Shown here piece after piece: positions 33,137 through 44,800 of a stretch of 64,000 nt of DNA. The stretch lies in IMG/VR virus record IMGVR_UViG_3300037418_000253, one strand, 5' to 3'. Position 1 is the stretch's first letter. Every line of letters begins with the position of its first letter. The notes under the pieces are model-generated. The model was not told the DNA's origin. It saw only the letters and a list, made by a program, of their open reading frames with translations, and searched no databases. Both the position numbers and the translations under genes were made by a program. The DNA is from an uncultured virus (IMG/VR IMGVR_UViG_3300037418_000253) (lineage: Duplodnaviria > Heunggongvirae > Uroviricota > Caudoviricetes).

Positions 33137-33409
33137 TTATACGGTCAATCGCTCGGCTCGGTCATGCTCTCTGCGTGTACAGATGAACAGGTTGAGCCAT
33201 CTGTTGTCTGCCTTGTCTCCTGAGATGTGATGCACGGTCTCCCAGGATTTAAGCACCCGGCCGATTTTTCTCTCGGCCACCAGCCGGTGCTCATAATACC
33301 AACCACCACTGAAACTCTTCGGATGCTCTGGGGCAAAGACCAGCACGTACCCGTTGGGGTTCAGGCGAGTCTCTCGCCTGCTCCACTTCTGTAGTGGGAA
33401 GTACCTCAT
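33137..33409 (-). CDS. HNH endonuclease
   Basis: YEHRLV...VHHISGDKADNRWLNL. Confidence 0.85.
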   Translation of the reverse strand: MRYFPLQKWSRRETRLNPNGYVLVFAPEHPKSFSGGWYYEHRLVAERKIGRVLKSWETVHHISGDKADNRWLNLFICTRREHDRAERLTV

Positions 33410-33852
33410 CAGTATCCCATTGCAATCCAGTTCACATACATTGTCTTAGACAAGTAGTGTGACTTCTCCAGCGTAGCTGTTGCAAGAGCCGCAACAAAGC
33501 CACGGTGGTCTGGAACATAGCCAACGCCCTGAATACCCCATTGGGTTAGAATCATTCGTCGGTTACCACCAGTCGTGGTAGAGGTTACCACGACTGGCTT
33601 ACAACCGGCCGTAAAAAACGCACCGAAGTTAACCGTCTTCGCGTAGTAATGCTGCCCCTTCTTAGGCGGAACTGTAGTCGTTCCACACGCAATTCTAACA
33701 CCCATGTCTTTCTTGACACCATACGAGTTGTAGTACAGCTTCGGAGCCCTCTCAAACAGGTACCGGCTGTTAGCGCACATCGTGTTCAACTTGTCGGTAG
33801 CAAGGTACTCGTTATCCGACCAATTGACATCCTTAAAACTTGAAACTGCCAA
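33409..33852 (-). CDS. minor tail-related protein
   Basis: LATDKLN N-terminal and WIAMG C-terminal motifs typical of tail-fibre accessory proteins. Confidence 0.5.
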   Translation of the reverse strand: MAVSSFKDVNWSDNEYLATDKLNTMCANSRYLFERAPKLYYNSYGVKKDMGVRIACGTTTVPPKKGQHYYAKTVNFGAFFTAGCKPVVVTSTTTGGNRRMILTQWGIQGVGYVPDHRGFVAALATATLEKSHYLSKTMYVNWIAMGY

Positions 33853-33853
33853 T

Positions 33854-34273
33854 TTACTTTAGCACCTCCCCATCAACATGTAGATTTGCCTCTTCCTCTG
33901 AAACGAGGATTACATTACCCCAGTCGAGACTGAACCTCTCCCAAACATCCGGGTCAACAATGTGACGCCTTTTGTTCTGCGAGATTAGGTAATGCTTACC
34001 ATCGGCCATGTTGTGGATGATGGTACCGTCACGAAAACCAACCTTACCGCCCACCTTGATATGCCTCACAGCGGCTTCCGATGACTGAATAACGTCGAAG
34101 CGCCATGACTCCAGGACTCGCTCTGTTGGAATGCGGAAGCGGAACTTTTCCCTCATCAAGAAATACCCGGCCTCTGTTTGAATGCAAAGGCCGTATGGGT
34201 AATTCGTGGGAGTCGTTGGAATGGCGGGGTTGGCAGCAACCTCTCGCTTACTCCGACGAAGCGTCCTGAACAT
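33854..34273 (-). CDS. hypothetical protein (139 aa)
   Basis: ORF track. Confidence 0.7.
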   Translation of the reverse strand: MFRTLRRSKREVAANPAIPTTPTNYPYGLCIQTEAGYFLMREKFRFRIPTERVLESWRFDVIQSSEAAVRHIKVGGKVGFRDGTIIHNMADGKHYLISQNKRRHIVDPDVWERFSLDWGNVILVSEEEANLHVDGEVLK

Positions 34274-34448
34274 TCTGGCTGTTCAGCTCCTTCTGCAAGT
34301 CCTGAACCTGCTTGTTCAACTGCTCGAACATGATGGTTGCATCGGCACGGATATCCGCGATTTCATCCTCGTAATCCGCAACCTTGCGAGCGAACCTCTC
34401 CTTAAGACTCTGAATCTTATATTCGAGTTTGGTAGTATTATCAGTCAT
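34248..34448 (-). CDS. coiled-coil hypothetical protein
   Basis: ORF track; downstream of a promoter. Confidence 0.7.
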   Translation of the reverse strand: MTDNTTKLEYKIQSLKERFARKVADYEDEIADIRADATIMFEQLNKQVQDLQKELNSQNVQDASSE

Positions 34449-34478
34449 TATTTATTCAACCTTTTCTCTTCTAAGAAC

Positions 34479-34508
34479 ATTATATGCAGACGCAAAGGCG
34501 TCTGTCAA
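34479..34508 (-). promoter_or_regulatory. sigma70/HrdB-type promoter
   Basis: TTGACA-N18-TATAAT; spacer is an inverted repeat. Confidence 0.7.
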
Positions 34509-37500
34509 CCCTTGTGATAAATCGTGACCTTGCCGTTAGAGGAACTGTTGCTTCGTCCATACATGATGGCGTAGTCCGAGGTTGTGCTACCGTAGACACC
34601 AATACCTTCGATTCGGTTAGCGGCCGTGGAGTCCACAAAGTTATTATACCATGACGCCGGAATCGTAATGGTTGCGCCTTCATTCGGGCTCAAGTAAACA
34701 ATGTCGTCACCATCAGAACCCTCGTTGGTCATACCTCCAATCGGGTCACCTGCTGGCTTTGTCTGGTAAAGGTGCCCGCGCAGGTTAATTCCCACACCAG
34801 TGTAGTTACCACCAGAACCGGTACGCTTCATGTAAACTGTCATCTTGGTTGGAGTACGTACAACTCCACCCTTGTTGACGGCATCGTAAATTTTGGTTCC
34901 GTAGAAGAACAGACCACGATGGTTGTCGTTTCCGGTCCAGTCACCCTGGTAAACGTCGTCACCATCGTTACGCCACATGCCGCCATAACCGAGACGGTAC
35001 GAGTCTGAGCTGTCGGCGTAGACCGTAACCGGACTTGCAAGAAGGTAACGAGAGGTGCTAACGTAACCCGAGTGGTTACCAGACTTATCGTAAGCCACTA
35101 CGCGGTAGTAAATGGTCTTGTTAACTGGCAAACCAGAGTGGTCGTAGGTCTTCGCAGCACCAGATGCACCAGTAATGGTGATAATCGAGCCATCTGTGGT
35201 CAGCGTCTTGGTACCAGAAGTTGCCACCGTAACCGTTGGGTAACGGTCAGAACGCCAGATAATCTTGACACCCGCCAGGTCGGTAGCTACCGGGTTGGTC
35301 CAGGATAGCCGGTAGCTACCGGTGGACGCACCAGACGACAGCGCGGCAATCTTGAATCCGGATGGAGCTGCTGGAGCCGTGGTGTCAGTTCCAGTGGATG
35401 GCGCGGTAATTTCTGGAGAAGTTGAGAACCAAAGCCCGTCGAAGGACAACTGGGACAGCGTGCTTGCGCTGGACGACACCTGTACCGTACCATTGGTGTT
35501 AATCTGTACCAGGGCCTGGCCAAGGGACAATGCGCTGGTCCACTGAACTGCATTGAGATATACGGTTTGTGCTGGACGGTAACCAGTTGGCAAGGTGAAT
35601 AGCGTTACCGCTTTGGTGTAATTCTGAACACAACCACGCAGATAAACATTACCGTTGTTCTTGTAGTACGCTACCGTATAGGCAGAAGCATACTGGGTGG
35701 CGTTGGATAGTGTTGGCGCAACCCATGGTGGGTCACCAGCAACGTCCAGGTGTCCAAAGACGCGGACGTTCTTTCCGGTGGTCATGTCCTCGCCGTCATT
35801 TGGGTAGGTGGATAGGGCAAATTGACCGGTGGCATTTGTAATAACAACGCGACCAGGGAATGAGGCATCGTTTAGTGCATGGGCACGAACAGACGCCTCT
35901 TCTACACCGGAAGGTGAGAATACCGTAACCTGCGCAGACGCACGGTTACCGCTAGAGTCGGTGTAGTTAACGAACCTGAATGCACCAGTTCCACCCTCAC
36001 TCTGGAGAACAACCGTTGGATACATTGGAACATCCCGCTTTCCATTTACGGTTGCACCCCAGACACTATCTGGGAGGTCCAGTTCAGAGTCAGATACAAT
36101 CAGACCGCGAGGAGTACGAACAGCCTCAGCATTTAGAGCAATCTGGGAAGCCTGCGCCGAGCGGAAGGCAGTGAAGCCACCCGCCTCTAGCTGAACGTCA
36201 TCGACATAAACAATGTCGCCAGTCGCACCATTGAACCATGAGAAACTGAATTCGACAGAGTAGCAGGTGTCCGGGATTACCGCTGGCGTGTAGAAAGAGT
36301 ACGAGGTCCATGCCGTATTGGTAATAGCCTTTTCAATGTACCAGCCGGAAATCATCGCCCCAGCCTCGTCCATGAACTTAACAACAAGCCTTACGTTTCG
36401 GCCTGTGGCCGTTCCCATCTTGGCCTTGCCGGAAACCGTAACCGTCTGGCCAATAAGCTCCTGGTTGACAAGCGTCGATACGTTATACTTTCCAAGAAGT
36501 TCCGTGGTAGAAGGGGATGAAATAGTGCCCGTGGCAGTAATGGTGAGCGAGTTGGTGTCGGAATAACCGTCCAGCTCATTCCAAGAAAGAGCGGTATTTG
36601 CCATTCCCGACCATCCAGTAATGCCATTCTCAAATGTGGCATTGTAGATGTAGTTCGGATTGCGCTCCCAAAGTCCGATAAATGCGCTGGAGAGGTCGTC
36701 CGCATCAGACACCAGACGAGGGGCCATAATCCTAATGTGGCCCGCGTCATTCATTTCGTTGTCGATGCTGTGACCAAGAAGGGCTGGCCTGCGTTCGTCG
36801 GAGTGACCGGTGAAGAATCGAATGGCGTGGTCAAAAGTCTCGCCGTCCTTCTTTTCAATGGTTACCGACTTCTCGGTTGCATTTGTTCCGGTTGCTACCT
36901 TTCCAGGAGCACCACCCTCGAACGCCTCAATGGAGAACTGGTCGAGCTGGGCCTTGGTGCCACCAGCAACGTCAAATTCGACGTAAGGAATGAGGTAGGA
37001 CACCTTGGCGTTTAGCGAAGCTGGCTGGTAAGGGTCTGGTGCCTTTGCCGGATTACCGAATGAACCATCGGTACCAGAGCCACCACGACCACGGATATAT
37101 CCGGTAAGGGTTACCCAGTCGGCAGTAGTGTCAGACGAAGCAACAGCCGTCGCGATTTCGTCATTGTTGGCAACACACATATACTGGCTAGCGGTGAATG
37201 TGGAAAGAGTTCCATACGAACCCGGCGATGGGAATGTGTGCTTCTTGGTAGGCGTGGTCGCATCATTGACGTAATCATAGTCAATTATGTTGCTGTCAAT
37301 GTCGGTTCCGAATACACCAAGCTTAATGCGTGGGGGTGTGGTAATCTGAACATCGTCAACCCAACCGATGGTCGTACCCGCTGCCACATTGTCGTAGCGA
37401 GCCAGTCGGATAATGAAGTTGGCACTGACTGCGCCAGCCGGGGGCGTAAAGGTGGCGTTTATTGGGAACCACGCAGTTGGCGCAGTCAGCATGTTACCGC

Positions 37501-40500
37501 TGGCGTCTACGGGTGGCGCAATGAGGTATAGTTCCTCAGAAATGAATCCGCTCTGTCCGGCACCGCTAAAGTAGGTGACGCGAAGCTCAATATTTCCCTG
37601 GTTTGCTGCATTGTAGTAGGCTGCCTGGATATTCGCCTTGATACGAGCGCTCAGGGTGTAGGTGTATCCAGCCTTTAGATTGTCAAGGCCAGTCCATGCG
37701 CGATAGACACCATTCGTCGCAGAAGACGAAGCAATCTGGAGAGACTTGGTACCGGCGTACTTTTCCACAGTGCTTAGAGAAAGCGTTGTGGTTGAGCCGG
37801 TGGTGTCGGTGCTCCAGTTAGTAAGAGTAGCCGCCTCGAAATCACCGTTGGTATTTAGCGGAGTAACAGAGTAAGCTCGAACACGCGCAGATACACGGTA
37901 GAGAATTGTTGGGTCAAACGCGATAGGCTGAACACCAGTACCGTTACGGATAATCAGACCGGGACCAGTAAACTCGAACAGGGAGTTAGCGGAGAAAGCT
38001 CCGGGGTCGGTCTTCTGAACTACCGCACCGTTGGTAAGCCAAAGCGCACCATCCTGCATGTAGTCGTACAGCTTTGCATAAGCCGAGTTCTGGAATGGCG
38101 AGTCAAAGGCGGTTACCTTTACCGAGTTAACGGCAAGGTTACGGAATTCGGCATAGCCGTCCGAACGGATAATCCATCCAGTCGTACCCGGTACATAGTT
38201 GGACGAGTGGATGCGGCTATTTACACCATCGGCAGACGGGTTGTTTGGGTCACCGACCACAAGGCGTCCTCGGACATTGGCGTCACCGAACTGGGCATTG
38301 CCCTGCATGTTAATTGACCATGCTGGCTGACCAGAAAGACCATTGGCCGTGGCGGTAGACTGGATAGAACCCGTCTTGATAATACCGCCATCAATGTTGG
38401 TAAGACTCGGTGGCTTCCATGGGGACGGGTTGGTTTCAGCAGTCTGCTTTAGCTCAATCTGAATACCATCAACATAAAGGTCGCCAGCGGTCTGCAACTG
38501 AACAAAAACTAGTCCGGACGTGTTAGCACCAGGGCTCCATGAAGCAAAGTACCTACGCCACACTCCGTCACCTGGGACGGTCTGGAGACCACCGATTGCA
38601 GAGGAGAAGTTTCCGTCATTCGTCTGTACGTGAAGATTCGCACTCTTGCTTGCGCCCACTGGTGCCATGAGGTACACAGAGATAATGTAGGTTGTGTTGG
38701 CATCAAGGGGAATGTTATATCCGGTTGAGGTTGGCGCAAGGTAAACCCGGCCGTAAGTGCCCACGCCATTCCAGGAAACCTTGAGGCACGAGGTGTTGAA
38801 TCGGGCGGTAACCTCTGGTGCCGTGGCAACGGCTGGGGTTGCTGTTCCACCATCGCTCCAGGTGGCAAACTTACCTGTGTACCATGTTGGGTTCCACTCG
38901 AAGTCCGCATACGCTGGGTGCATCAGGTTGGTGCCGTTCTGGAGCTTCAACGCCTTGGCCAGGATTACACCGTCTACGATTTCGAGGGTGTTATTGGAAA
39001 GCTTCCATCCAGCAGTACCCGCCACATAATTAGAAGACTGCATAGTACCAGTCGAATTCATGGTGAACTTCGACTGGATAAGCAGGTCGTTAACGAATGC
39101 TGTATTGGCCTTTAGCGAAGCCGCATCAAGGGTGTTAGCGATAACACGGTCACCAGCAAGTGTTGCAGCGGTAACCCTGTCACCAGAAATAGACCCGGCC
39201 TGAATATCGGCGTTGGCTACAAAGCGAGGCGTACCCGAAACAATGCTGGAGTAAGCTCCTGCGTTTCCGGCACCATCGACCGCGCGCACGCGCGTGTAGT
39301 AGGTCGTGTTCGAGGTCAGATTGGAGAACGATACGACGGTACCACTGACCTGCTTGGTCTGGAGAGCGCCTGTGTTAAATGTATTCGCCGTATCAATCTG
39401 GACCTCGTAGTAGCCCTGTCCACCCTTTACATCGCCCTCGGTATTTTCGTTCCAGACGATGGTAGCTGTTGTAACACCCGCCGCGACCGTGACGCCTGTA
39501 GGTGCAGCCGGGGCAACTGTGTCCTTAGCAGTAGTAATTGGGTAGGTGGCAGCCTGGGTCCAGGCACTCTGATTTCCAGCATAGTCAACCGCGCACACCT
39601 TGATGTAAAAGTCTGTGTTTGTCTTGAGGTTGTGAATACGCGCTTCGGTGGTGCCCTCGGGAACCTCAATATACTGGAAGGTGGTGGTAGTAGAGCTAGA
39701 GGCATAACGAATTAGGTAGTTCTGCAAGTCGGTGTCAGCAACGCCGGTCCAGGTTACATCGATAAAAGCGGAACTCTGAGTTGGGTCTGTGCTGTGCAAA
39801 GACGTGGTAACCTGAACATTCGTGGGTGCAGACGGAGGCGTAACATCAACCGAAAGGGTAGACCTTGCGGTAGCATTGGCCTTCGCTGGAGTGACAGAAG
39901 GAGTACCGAATACGTCCACCGCAACAACCGCAAAATACTGTGGTACTGTTGCGGTTGTGTCGAATACAAACGAGGTTCCGCGACCGGTGTAGACTAGGTT
40001 ATTCTCAGAGCCCAGCGCTGTTCCCTGACGCACCTCGTAGTGCTTGAGGTCGGTATCAGCAATAGGAGCCCAACGCAAAGCCACCGCGTCAGAAATTCCG
40101 ACAGCGGTTAGCCCAGTAACGTTGGCTGGAGCTGGGTTAGTAGCAGTGGCAGTAACCACCGCAGAAAGGTTACCGGTATTGTCGCGGGCGCTGACTTCGA
40201 CGGTAACCTGAGCACGAGGAGTGCCGAATGAGTTGATATTCGCCTCGAAGGGGAAATCAAATCGGGCGGCGGTCGTGTAATATGTAGCTACTGTGCTTGG
40301 GGCCGCTGGGGAATAGACCTTGACCTGGAAATCCTTGAAGTCCATCAGCGGAGTGCCATCGGAGTTCGTGGTCGGTCCCGACCAGACAGCCTTAAAAGCG
40401 GTACCCTCAACAGTCCAGGTTAGTCCAGTACACGGGGCTGGAGCGAGGGTATCGCTAATGGTGGTAAAGTCATGTAGGCTCGACCACGGAGAAACATCCG

Positions 40501-40573
40501 CTCCGTCCTTGACACGGGCCTGAATGTAGTGGGTACGACCTGGCTCTAGGTCCTTTACGAGAATTCTTGTCAT
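34505..40573 (-). CDS. large minor tail / tail-fibre protein with FN3 and carbohydrate-binding-like domains
   Basis: Repeated DTxAPAAP...W...Y.VRAVD.AGN FN3 motifs; NGDFE/NATFE CBM-like starts; 2022 aa. Confidence 0.85.
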   Translation of the reverse strand: MTRILVKDLEPGRTHYIQARVKDGADVSPWSSLHDFTTISDTLAPAPCTGLTWTVEGTAFKAVWSGPTTNSDGTPLMDFKDFQVKVYSPAAPSTVATYYTTAARFDFPFEANINSFGTPRAQVTVEVSARDNTGNLSAVVTATATNPAPANVTGLTAVGISDAVALRWAPIADTDLKHYEVRQGTALGSENNLVYTGRGTSFVFDTTATVPQYFAVVAVDVFGTPSVTPAKANATARSTLSVDVTPPSAPTNVQVTTSLHSTDPTQSSAFIDVTWTGVADTDLQNYLIRYASSSTTTTFQYIEVPEGTTEARIHNLKTNTDFYIKVCAVDYAGNQSAWTQAATYPITTAKDTVAPAAPTGVTVAAGVTTATIVWNENTEGDVKGGQGYYEVQIDTANTFNTGALQTKQVSGTVVSFSNLTSNTTYYTRVRAVDGAGNAGAYSSIVSGTPRFVANADIQAGSISGDRVTAATLAGDRVIANTLDAASLKANTAFVNDLLIQSKFTMNSTGTMQSSNYVAGTAGWKLSNNTLEIVDGVILAKALKLQNGTNLMHPAYADFEWNPTWYTGKFATWSDGGTATPAVATAPEVTARFNTSCLKVSWNGVGTYGRVYLAPTSTGYNIPLDANTTYIISVYLMAPVGASKSANLHVQTNDGNFSSAIGGLQTVPGDGVWRRYFASWSPGANTSGLVFVQLQTAGDLYVDGIQIELKQTAETNPSPWKPPSLTNIDGGIIKTGSIQSTATANGLSGQPAWSINMQGNAQFGDANVRGRLVVGDPNNPSADGVNSRIHSSNYVPGTTGWIIRSDGYAEFRNLAVNSVKVTAFDSPFQNSAYAKLYDYMQDGALWLTNGAVVQKTDPGAFSANSLFEFTGPGLIIRNGTGVQPIAFDPTILYRVSARVRAYSVTPLNTNGDFEAATLTNWSTDTTGSTTTLSLSTVEKYAGTKSLQIASSSATNGVYRAWTGLDNLKAGYTYTLSARIKANIQAAYYNAANQGNIELRVTYFSGAGQSGFISEELYLIAPPVDASGNMLTAPTAWFPINATFTPPAGAVSANFIIRLARYDNVAAGTTIGWVDDVQITTPPRIKLGVFGTDIDSNIIDYDYVNDATTPTKKHTFPSPGSYGTLSTFTASQYMCVANNDEIATAVASSDTTADWVTLTGYIRGRGGSGTDGSFGNPAKAPDPYQPASLNAKVSYLIPYVEFDVAGGTKAQLDQFSIEAFEGGAPGKVATGTNATEKSVTIEKKDGETFDHAIRFFTGHSDERRPALLGHSIDNEMNDAGHIRIMAPRLVSDADDLSSAFIGLWERNPNYIYNATFENGITGWSGMANTALSWNELDGYSDTNSLTITATGTISSPSTTELLGKYNVSTLVNQELIGQTVTVSGKAKMGTATGRNVRLVVKFMDEAGAMISGWYIEKAITNTAWTSYSFYTPAVIPDTCYSVEFSFSWFNGATGDIVYVDDVQLEAGGFTAFRSAQASQIALNAEAVRTPRGLIVSDSELDLPDSVWGATVNGKRDVPMYPTVVLQSEGGTGAFRFVNYTDSSGNRASAQVTVFSPSGVEEASVRAHALNDASFPGRVVITNATGQFALSTYPNDGEDMTTGKNVRVFGHLDVAGDPPWVAPTLSNATQYASAYTVAYYKNNGNVYLRGCVQNYTKAVTLFTLPTGYRPAQTVYLNAVQWTSALSLGQALVQINTNGTVQVSSSASTLSQLSFDGLWFSTSPEITAPSTGTDTTAPAAPSGFKIAALSSGASTGSYRLSWTNPVATDLAGVKIIWRSDRYPTVTVATSGTKTLTTDGSIITITGASGAAKTYDHSGLPVNKTIYYRVVAYDKSGNHSGYVSTSRYLLASPVTVYADSSDSYRLGYGGMWRNDGDDVYQGDWTGNDNHRGLFFYGTKIYDAVNKGGVVRTPTKMTVYMKRTGSGGNYTGVGINLRGHLYQTKPAGDPIGGMTNEGSDGDDIVYLSPNEGATITIPASWYNNFVDSTAANRIEGIGVYGSTTSDYAIMYGRSNSSSNGKVTIYHKG

Positions 40574-41466
40574 GATACGCTAAACTCCAAGCTGTACTCT
40601 ACATCCATTGGTGCCGTATTGGACTTTACCAGTGGAGTGGTCATTACTGTACGGGACACAAGAACGTGGTCCTGGTCTGTGGTGTCGGTGTCCTCAATTC
40701 GGATACCGTCTAGAATCACATAACCCGCCGTGGCTCCAGCAGTCACGTCAACGCCGAGGATGTCGATAGCATTCCAAGCCATGGTTCCAGTAACAGCAAA
40801 ATCTCCCTTGCGGAACTGGAGTACGTTATATCCCACGGGCAACGTGGAGACCGTCTTGACCAGCTTGAAGTTGCCCCCAGAGAGGCTGTTTCCAAAGTAG
40901 AGGGCGATAGACGCAATGTTATTGTTAGCCTTGTAGAAGGCGAGAGAGAAGATGTCATCGGTAGAGTACCCGGACAAATCCATGTCCACTGTCGCGCGGG
41001 AAGATGTGGTGGCGCTAGCTGTGGCATCTACACGAACGGAATCAACCGAGGTGCGAGACTGTGTGGCATCTACCGTGGTATTGGTCCAGTCTTCAACCGT
41101 AGTGTCAAAGGTGGTTAGCATTGATGAATCGGTAGCGCCAAGGGAGTTGACCTCGGTGCTCCATAGACCAGCTTCGTAAAGCGTGAATTCAGCATTCTGC
41201 TCGATAGACCCCTTAAATAGAACTATATTCGCGTCATAGTCAATGGAGCGAACGTCAACGGTTGCTCGGTAAACCTCGAAGCCTAGGCGAACGTCGTTAA
41301 CTGTTGCGGGGGTTCCCAGAACACCCAGGCCGATAGCCGCACCCAGGCTGGGGGCGTTGCCGGACAGGAAGCGCAAAATAAGCCTTTCTCCCTCGGTGGT
41401 GATGAGGTTCTTCTGCGCCGCTAGAAGTCTGCCATGCTGGTAAAAACGGTAGGTTCCCTTAATCAT
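40570..41466 (-). CDS. minor tail protein
   Basis: NLITTEG, EAGL motifs; position in the tail module. Confidence 0.7.
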   Translation of the reverse strand: MIKGTYRFYQHGRLLAAQKNLITTEGERLILRFLSGNAPSLGAAIGLGVLGTPATVNDVRLGFEVYRATVDVRSIDYDANIVLFKGSIEQNAEFTLYEAGLWSTEVNSLGATDSSMLTTFDTTVEDWTNTTVDATQSRTSVDSVRVDATASATTSSRATVDMDLSGYSTDDIFSLAFYKANNNIASIALYFGNSLSGGNFKLVKTVSTLPVGYNVLQFRKGDFAVTGTMAWNAIDILGVDVTAGATAGYVILDGIRIEDTDTTDQDHVLVSRTVMTTPLVKSNTAPMDVEYSLEFSVS

Positions 41467-41834
41467 GTGGCTTTCGTTACCCTAATATCGTATTCATTGT
41501 GGCCATCATCCTCAAATTCAATGATAACGTCAACTACCGCATTGCCATCCGGCCCGATTCGAACAACCTGCTCCACGACGGTGAAATTCTCCGGAGCCTC
41601 TAGGTCATTGCCTTCCCTGGCATCGTCGTCAATGGGGGCATCAGCATCATAAACTTCATCAACAGATACATTGTCTTCCTCAATGGTGTCTGTGTATCCG
41701 GAGCGCATGTCGATAACACCCGGCGGCATAAAGAACAGCGGATTGATTACGACTTCTGGTGTCTTAATGACATTGGTATCTTTGATTTGCTGAGCCATAT
41801 TCCTAATTATATCTTCTGGTCGAACGGAAGTCAA
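41463..41834 (-). CDS. minor tail / hypothetical protein
   Basis: ORF track; tail module. Confidence 0.6.
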   Translation of the reverse strand: MTSVRPEDIIRNMAQQIKDTNVIKTPEVVINPLFFMPPGVIDMRSGYTDTIEEDNVSVDEVYDADAPIDDDAREGNDLEAPENFTVVEQVVRIGPDGNAVVDVIIEFEDDGHNEYDIRVTKAT

Positions 41835-41837
41835 ATA

Positions 41838-44800
41838 TCAGGAAATTCGAGCCCGGCGCAAAGACACCGAAGTAGCTGGACCATCGTCCCACTGCTGCTC
41901 GACGGCAAGTACCCAATACTTATGGGTCGATGCCGACAGATTCTTAGGTGGATAATTCACCGCAACAATATCTCCGACCTGGAGAAGCGGATTGCCGTGA
42001 ACGGTAATCTCCACCTCGTCACAGGGCTGGGACCAGTTTTCAACAATCCAGTCTCCCAGAGCCTTGGCTGCCGACTCCGACTGAATCCAGTCCGACTGGA
42101 AATCAAGGGAAATCTCACCACGAGCCCGAATAGCCTGCTCGTTCTTCACTGTGTAGTCCTTGGGCTCAGCACGCTGAACCGTGCGACCAGTAATTACCAT
42201 CTTCTGGTCAACCGGGTTATCGGCACCGTATGTCGTGGTGTCTTCACCGTTGACAATGGCATTGCCCAGGTCAGCATTGGCCAGGATAAACTTGGCCTTG
42301 AAGGGGTCGTTGAAGTATTCGTCACAGACAACCTGGTCGGAATTGCTGAGGTACAAGCTGGAATACAGAACCGGCGACTTTTCGAAGGTGACCTCGTAAG
42401 GACGAACCTCGTGAACCGTCTGACCGAACTCGTCAAAGTAGCGCTGGTCGTACCACTCCTTCTCGTAGTAGACCCTCTTGCCACGACGCTTCTTGTGCCA
42501 ACGAGTCTTGTATACACAATCCTTCCAATACTGGCTTGAGAAATACCCGCCGCGAATGATATCCAGGAACGACGAATTGTCCAGGTCGGTATCCTGAATT
42601 CCACCATCGGCCAAGCTGTAGAAGTATTCGAAGTCCACGGTGGTGTATCCTCGGGTGTACAGTCCACAACGGCCGGTCTGTGGCAGTAGCGTTGACTTGT
42701 CATCAAACGTGATTGCTAGGACGCCGTTGACCAATACCGTCCAATCACCGTTTACCATAGACACGTCCAGGTCGAACCACTGGTTCTCGCTCACCGCGAA
42801 AGCTGCCCCCTTGGTTAGGTGCTTGAACTCCCCATTGCCCTTTCGCCTAACGATGCTGATTTCGTTTTTGGTGCTGCGAAGCTTGCTCGCCTCCTTGGTT
42901 GTGGTAATCTCGACACCGTACATATCGTTGGAGCCACCGTCGCCCCACAGCCAAATTCCGGCAATGTAGTGCTTGTTGCCCTGTCCGGATGGGAACTTGA
43001 GGCGGGTACCGATATAGCGGGGTGGCTCATTGTCAACCATTCCGCGACGTGCTGTGTACCACCACGAAGAGTCCAACCCCTTCTTACCGGCCGTAGACAA
43101 GCGCATAACAGAGTCGGAAGGAATGTGCTTGATTCCACCATTCCACAACTTCTGGGTTCCGCCGTGCCTTCCGATATAGGCACCATTGTGCTTCCAAATG
43201 TCTGGAACTACATCGTGAGCCTGTGGAATGGTTACGTCGTAGCCGCGCTCCTCCACTTGCATGAAGCCGGTGAAGTAATTCTTCCAGCCGTGAAATTCGC
43301 TCGAAAGCTCGCGGTCAATCTGGTTCTTCTCGTCCTGAGAGTAGATGATTTTGAAGACGGTATCGTTCTCAAAGTTGCCCGTGTAGGAGCCTTCCTTGGG
43401 GTAGTAGCGGTATCCCTTGCCCTTGTACTTAATAAGCTCACCACGGATGTTCACCATACCCTCGTATGGCCAGACCGCAACATCCTTAGTGTCAATCCAG
43501 AAACGCATATCTGTAGAAGTCATATCGGCGGCCAGGGAGGTTGAGCGCAGCACAACATCACCCTCTGGCTGCCAGACGATTTCAGAGATTGGTCGTCCCT
43601 GGCTATCCTCTGCTAGCTTTGTGGTGGTGTACTTCACGTTAACCTTGTTGGCCTCGAATGAGTCCGAAACGGTAACGTCAATGATATCCGGCTGCTTCGT
43701 GCCGTTCTGGGCATAGTCAAATGTCCAGGCGACTGGCTTTGACTTATCGAAGGCTGAGTCCCTGGTCTTAATCTGGAGAATTCCGTATTCATCGAACCAG
43801 GCGGCGCTCTGGGTGGTCCTGCAAAGGTCCTGAATCTGGTCCCATACGGTCTGTTCACCATTGGTCCAGTAATAGGCAATTCGGTTGGTGGCAGATTCCG
43901 CAGCAATGCTGTAAGAATAATCAATAAACCCGACCGAATCCAGGATTCGCCAGATTGCCATGCCGATGGATACGTCTTCCATCAGCTCTGGTAGAGGTGT
44001 AATCTCCTGGAGGAATTTCGTGGCGTCCTTGAGACCAATCTGCACGGTCTCCTCTCCACCACCCCAAGCCTCGGAGAACATCGTGGCCTGACGGATGTAT
44101 TCGTAGCCGATGCCACCAAAGGTGGAAACGTCAATGCCGATATCCAGCATAAACTTCACGTTGGCGTCGATTAGGCCGTGGTACGGGGAAGCGACATTAT
44201 CGTAATTGAAAATCCCATCGATATTTGATAGGGTGATGCTACCCGTGTTCGACGAAGCCACGCCGATGGGCGTAACAAGGTCACTGTCGCCCATCTCGTG
44301 CTTTACGCTGTAGTCGATAAGTCGGTCGCTAAGGTCCTGCTCCAGACGGGCACCAAGCTCAATTAGATTGAACCAGGAATGTAGGCGAGCCATAGACTTC
44401 ACTACCAGGCGAATGCCTCGAATATAAACGGCAGTGCCACGGTTCACGGTGGTCGTCCAGGTACCGTTTTCCTGGCGATAAAGGACTACCTGTCCGCTCG
44501 AATTGGGGACTGGGTTAGATGAAACGGTGGTCCAGTTAGTACCATCCGTTGTAATCTGAATGTCCCAAATCTTGGGGTCGGCCCATGAATTCTCAAGGCA
44601 GATGTACAGCTTGTTGGTTAGGGCAGGCTGTGAGTACAGGACATAAGGCTGAACGGTCTCAGGCAATACAAAACCGCCGCCAGAATATGGCTGGTCGGTT
44701 GCCTGGGCGGGACTGGTCCAATACTTGTACTTGGCACCAGGAGAAGCTGTGTAGGTTCGGTATCCGCGAATGGAGTCACCATGTCCCTGAACGACACCGC

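Noticed and set aside
34505..40573. Diversity-generating retroelement target in the tail fibre
   Set aside because: No reverse transcriptase or template/variable repeat pair was noticed in the window.
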